NCBI GenBank assembly: GCA_965225945.1
Contig: CBDDBZ010000038.1
Span: 352,001-416,000 of the forward strand
DNA from: Alphaproteobacteria bacterium
Lineage (GTDB): Bacteria > Pseudomonadota > Alphaproteobacteria > GCA-2731375
Direction of reading: 5' to 3'
DNA length: 64,000 nt
The notes beneath the pieces were generated by a model. The model searched no databases. It had not been told where the DNA came from and saw nothing but the letters and a program-made list of their open reading frames with translations. The translations under genes and the position numbers were made by a program. Below, one piece after another: positions 62,272 to 64,000 of the stretch; positions within the stretch are counted from its first letter, which is position 1, and each line of letters opens with the position of its first letter.

Positions 62272-62943
62272 ATGCGCCTGCTGGTCGTCGAGGATGATCC
62301 CGATCTCGCCCGTCAGCTTTCCGAGGCCCTGGGCGAGGCCGGCTACGTCGTCGACACGGCGCACGACGGCGAGGAAGGCCACTTCCTCGGCGACACCGAG
62401 CCCTATGACGCCGTCATCCTCGACCTCGGTCTGCCGACGCTCGACGGCTTGAGCGTGCTGGAACGCTGGCGCGAGGCCGGGCGCGACATGCCGGTCCTGG
62501 TGCTGACGGCGCGCGACCGGTGGCGGGAAAAGGTGGCCGGAATCGATGCCGGCGCCGACGACTACGTCGCCAAGCCGTTTCACATGGAGGAGGTGCTGGC
62601 GCGCATCCGCGCGCTGGTGCGCCGCGCCGCCGGCCTCGCCAGCAACGAGCTCGTCTGCGGGCCGCTCCAGATCGACACCCGGGGCGCCAAGGCCAGCATC
62701 GACGGCCGCTCGCTCTCGCTCACCGCGCTGGAATACCGCCTGCTCGCCTATCTCGCCCATCATCAGGGGCGCGTGGTCTCGCGGACGGAATTGATCGAAC
62801 ATCTCTACGACCAGAACTTCGATCGCGATTCGAACACCATCGAGGTCTTCGTCGGCCGGCTGCGCAAGAAGCTCGGGGTCGATCTGATCCATACCGCGCG
62901 CGGCCTCGGCTATAGGCTGTCCGAGCCGGAGGATGCGGACTAG
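62272..62943 (+). CDS. OmpR/PhoP-family response regulator
   Basis: LLVVEDD, ILDLGLP, GADDYVAKPF, DSNTIEVFVGRLRKK. Confidence 0.92.
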   Translation: MRLLVVEDDPDLARQLSEALGEAGYVVDTAHDGEEGHFLGDTEPYDAVILDLGLPTLDGLSVLERWREAGRDMPVLVLTARDRWREKVAGIDAGADDYVAKPFHMEEVLARIRALVRRAAGLASNELVCGPLQIDTRGAKASIDGRSLSLTALEYRLLAYLAHHQGRVVSRTELIEHLYDQNFDRDSNTIEVFVGRLRKKLGVDLIHTARGLGYRLSEPEDAD

Positions 62944-64000
62944 CTCCCTCGCCTTCCGCCTGATCGCCGGCGCGGCGGTGTGGAGCATCGCCGCGCTCGT
63001 GATCGGCGGCGTCACCCTCTCCATGGTCTTCCGCGATCATGTCGAGCGGAGCCTCGACGGCCGCCTCGCCGTGCTGATCGACGGCCTGGCGGCCGGGGTC
63101 GAGATCGGCCCGGAAGGCCGCCCGGTCCTGCTCCGAGGGTTGGCCGAGACGCTGTTCGAGACGCCCTATTCCGGCTGGTATTGGCAAATCGGCGGGGCCG
63201 GGCCGAATAGGCTCAGGTCTCGCTCGCTCTGGGATCAGAGCTTGAACCCGGGGCCGGCGGTGAAACGCGAGGAGGGCTTGAGCCTTCATCTCGCGCGGGG
63301 CCCGGAGGACCAGTCGCTCCGGGTCGCCCGGCGCGAGATTCTGCTGCCGGAGGCCAGCGCGCCCCTCACCTTCGACGTCGCCGCCGACCTCGCCGACAAC
63401 CGGCGCGAGATCGAACGCTTCGATTCCGTGGTGCTCTGGGCCTTGGGCGTGATGGGCGTCGGCTTGGTGGTGGCGATGGTGATCCAGGTGCGCTTCGGAC
63501 TGAGGCCGCTCAGGCGCATCCGTCGTGCCCTGGTGCGCATCCGCGCCGGCCGCGAAAGCCGCCTCGACGACCACTTCCCGCGCGAGATCGCGCCCCTGGC
63601 GCGCGAGATCAACACGCTGCTCGACCACAACGCCGAGGTGGTGACGCGGGCTCGAACCCATGTCGGCAACCTCGCGCACGCCTTGAAGACTCCCTTGAGC
63701 GTGCTCGGCAACGAGGCAAGCGGCGAGGCCGGCCCGCTCGCCGAACAGGTGGGGCGGCAGACGGCGTTGATGCGCCGCCAGGTCGACCACCATCTGATGC
63801 GCGCCCGCGCCGCCGCCACCGCCGAAGTGCTGGGCGCCCGGACCGCCCTCGCGCCCGTGGCCGGCGACCTGGTCCGCGCGATCGAGCGCCTGCATCGTGC
63901 TTCCGAGATCCGGATCACGCTCGATTGCGCTTCCGATCTGGCCTTTCGCGGCGAGGCGCAGGATCTCGAGGAGATGATCGGCAATCTCCTGGAGAACGCC
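62933..64000 (+). CDS. sensor histidine kinase (3' end outside window)
   Basis: MRTSSLAFRL + TM, SGWYWQI, second TM, HAMP, H-box GNLAHALKTPL, N-box GNLLENA. Confidence 0.9.
   Translation, partial: MRTSSLAFRLIAGAAVWSIAALVIGGVTLSMVFRDHVERSLDGRLAVLIDGLAAGVEIGPEGRPVLLRGLAETLFETPYSGWYWQIGGAGPNRLRSRSLWDQSLNPGPAVKREEGLSLHLARGPEDQSLRVARREILLPEASAPLTFDVAADLADNRREIERFDSVVLWALGVMGVGLVVAMVIQVRFGLRPLRRIRRALVRIRAGRESRLDDHFPREIAPLAREINTLLDHNAEVVTRARTHVGNLAHALKTPLSVLGNEASGEAGPLAEQVGRQTALMRRQVDHHLMRARAAATAEVLGARTALAPVAGDLVRAIERLHRASEIRITLDCASDLAFRGEAQDLEEMIGNLLENA

Overview
GC-rich alphaproteobacterial chromosomal segment, judged from the permuted two-piece tmRNA beside sspB, gcrA, a zeta-subunit/DUF1476 gene and the purC-purS-purQ-purL-bolA-grxD block. 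The core backbone is interrupted by accessory DNA. (i) A three-gene Shango-type anti-phage island (TerB-domain protein, DUF2791 ATPase, Lhr-like helicase). Its TerB protein appears to have been fused to an exported triple peptidoglycan-binding domain plus a transmembrane helix, and the fusion is now split by an 89-bp tandem duplication. (ii) A group IIC intron inserted right after the HU-gene terminator, carrying three nested IS insertions (two IS630, one IS256) while its RT ORF stays intact. (iii) An ISAba1/IS10-like IS4 element with a 9-bp TSD splitting a CxxC-PilZ gene. (iv) A HicAB-like module with a dead toxin between 143-bp direct repeats. (v) A 267-bp TA-bounded fold-back element with two internal hairpins whose loops are complementary. 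There is also a putative N-heterocycle catabolic cluster (molybdo-flavoenzyme, amidohydrolases, two PuuE-like deacetylases), a tandem-duplicated CxxC membrane protein, and several genes with single in-frame stops. No CRISPR array, rRNA or tRNA was seen. All calls come from reading motifs by eye; no database search was run.
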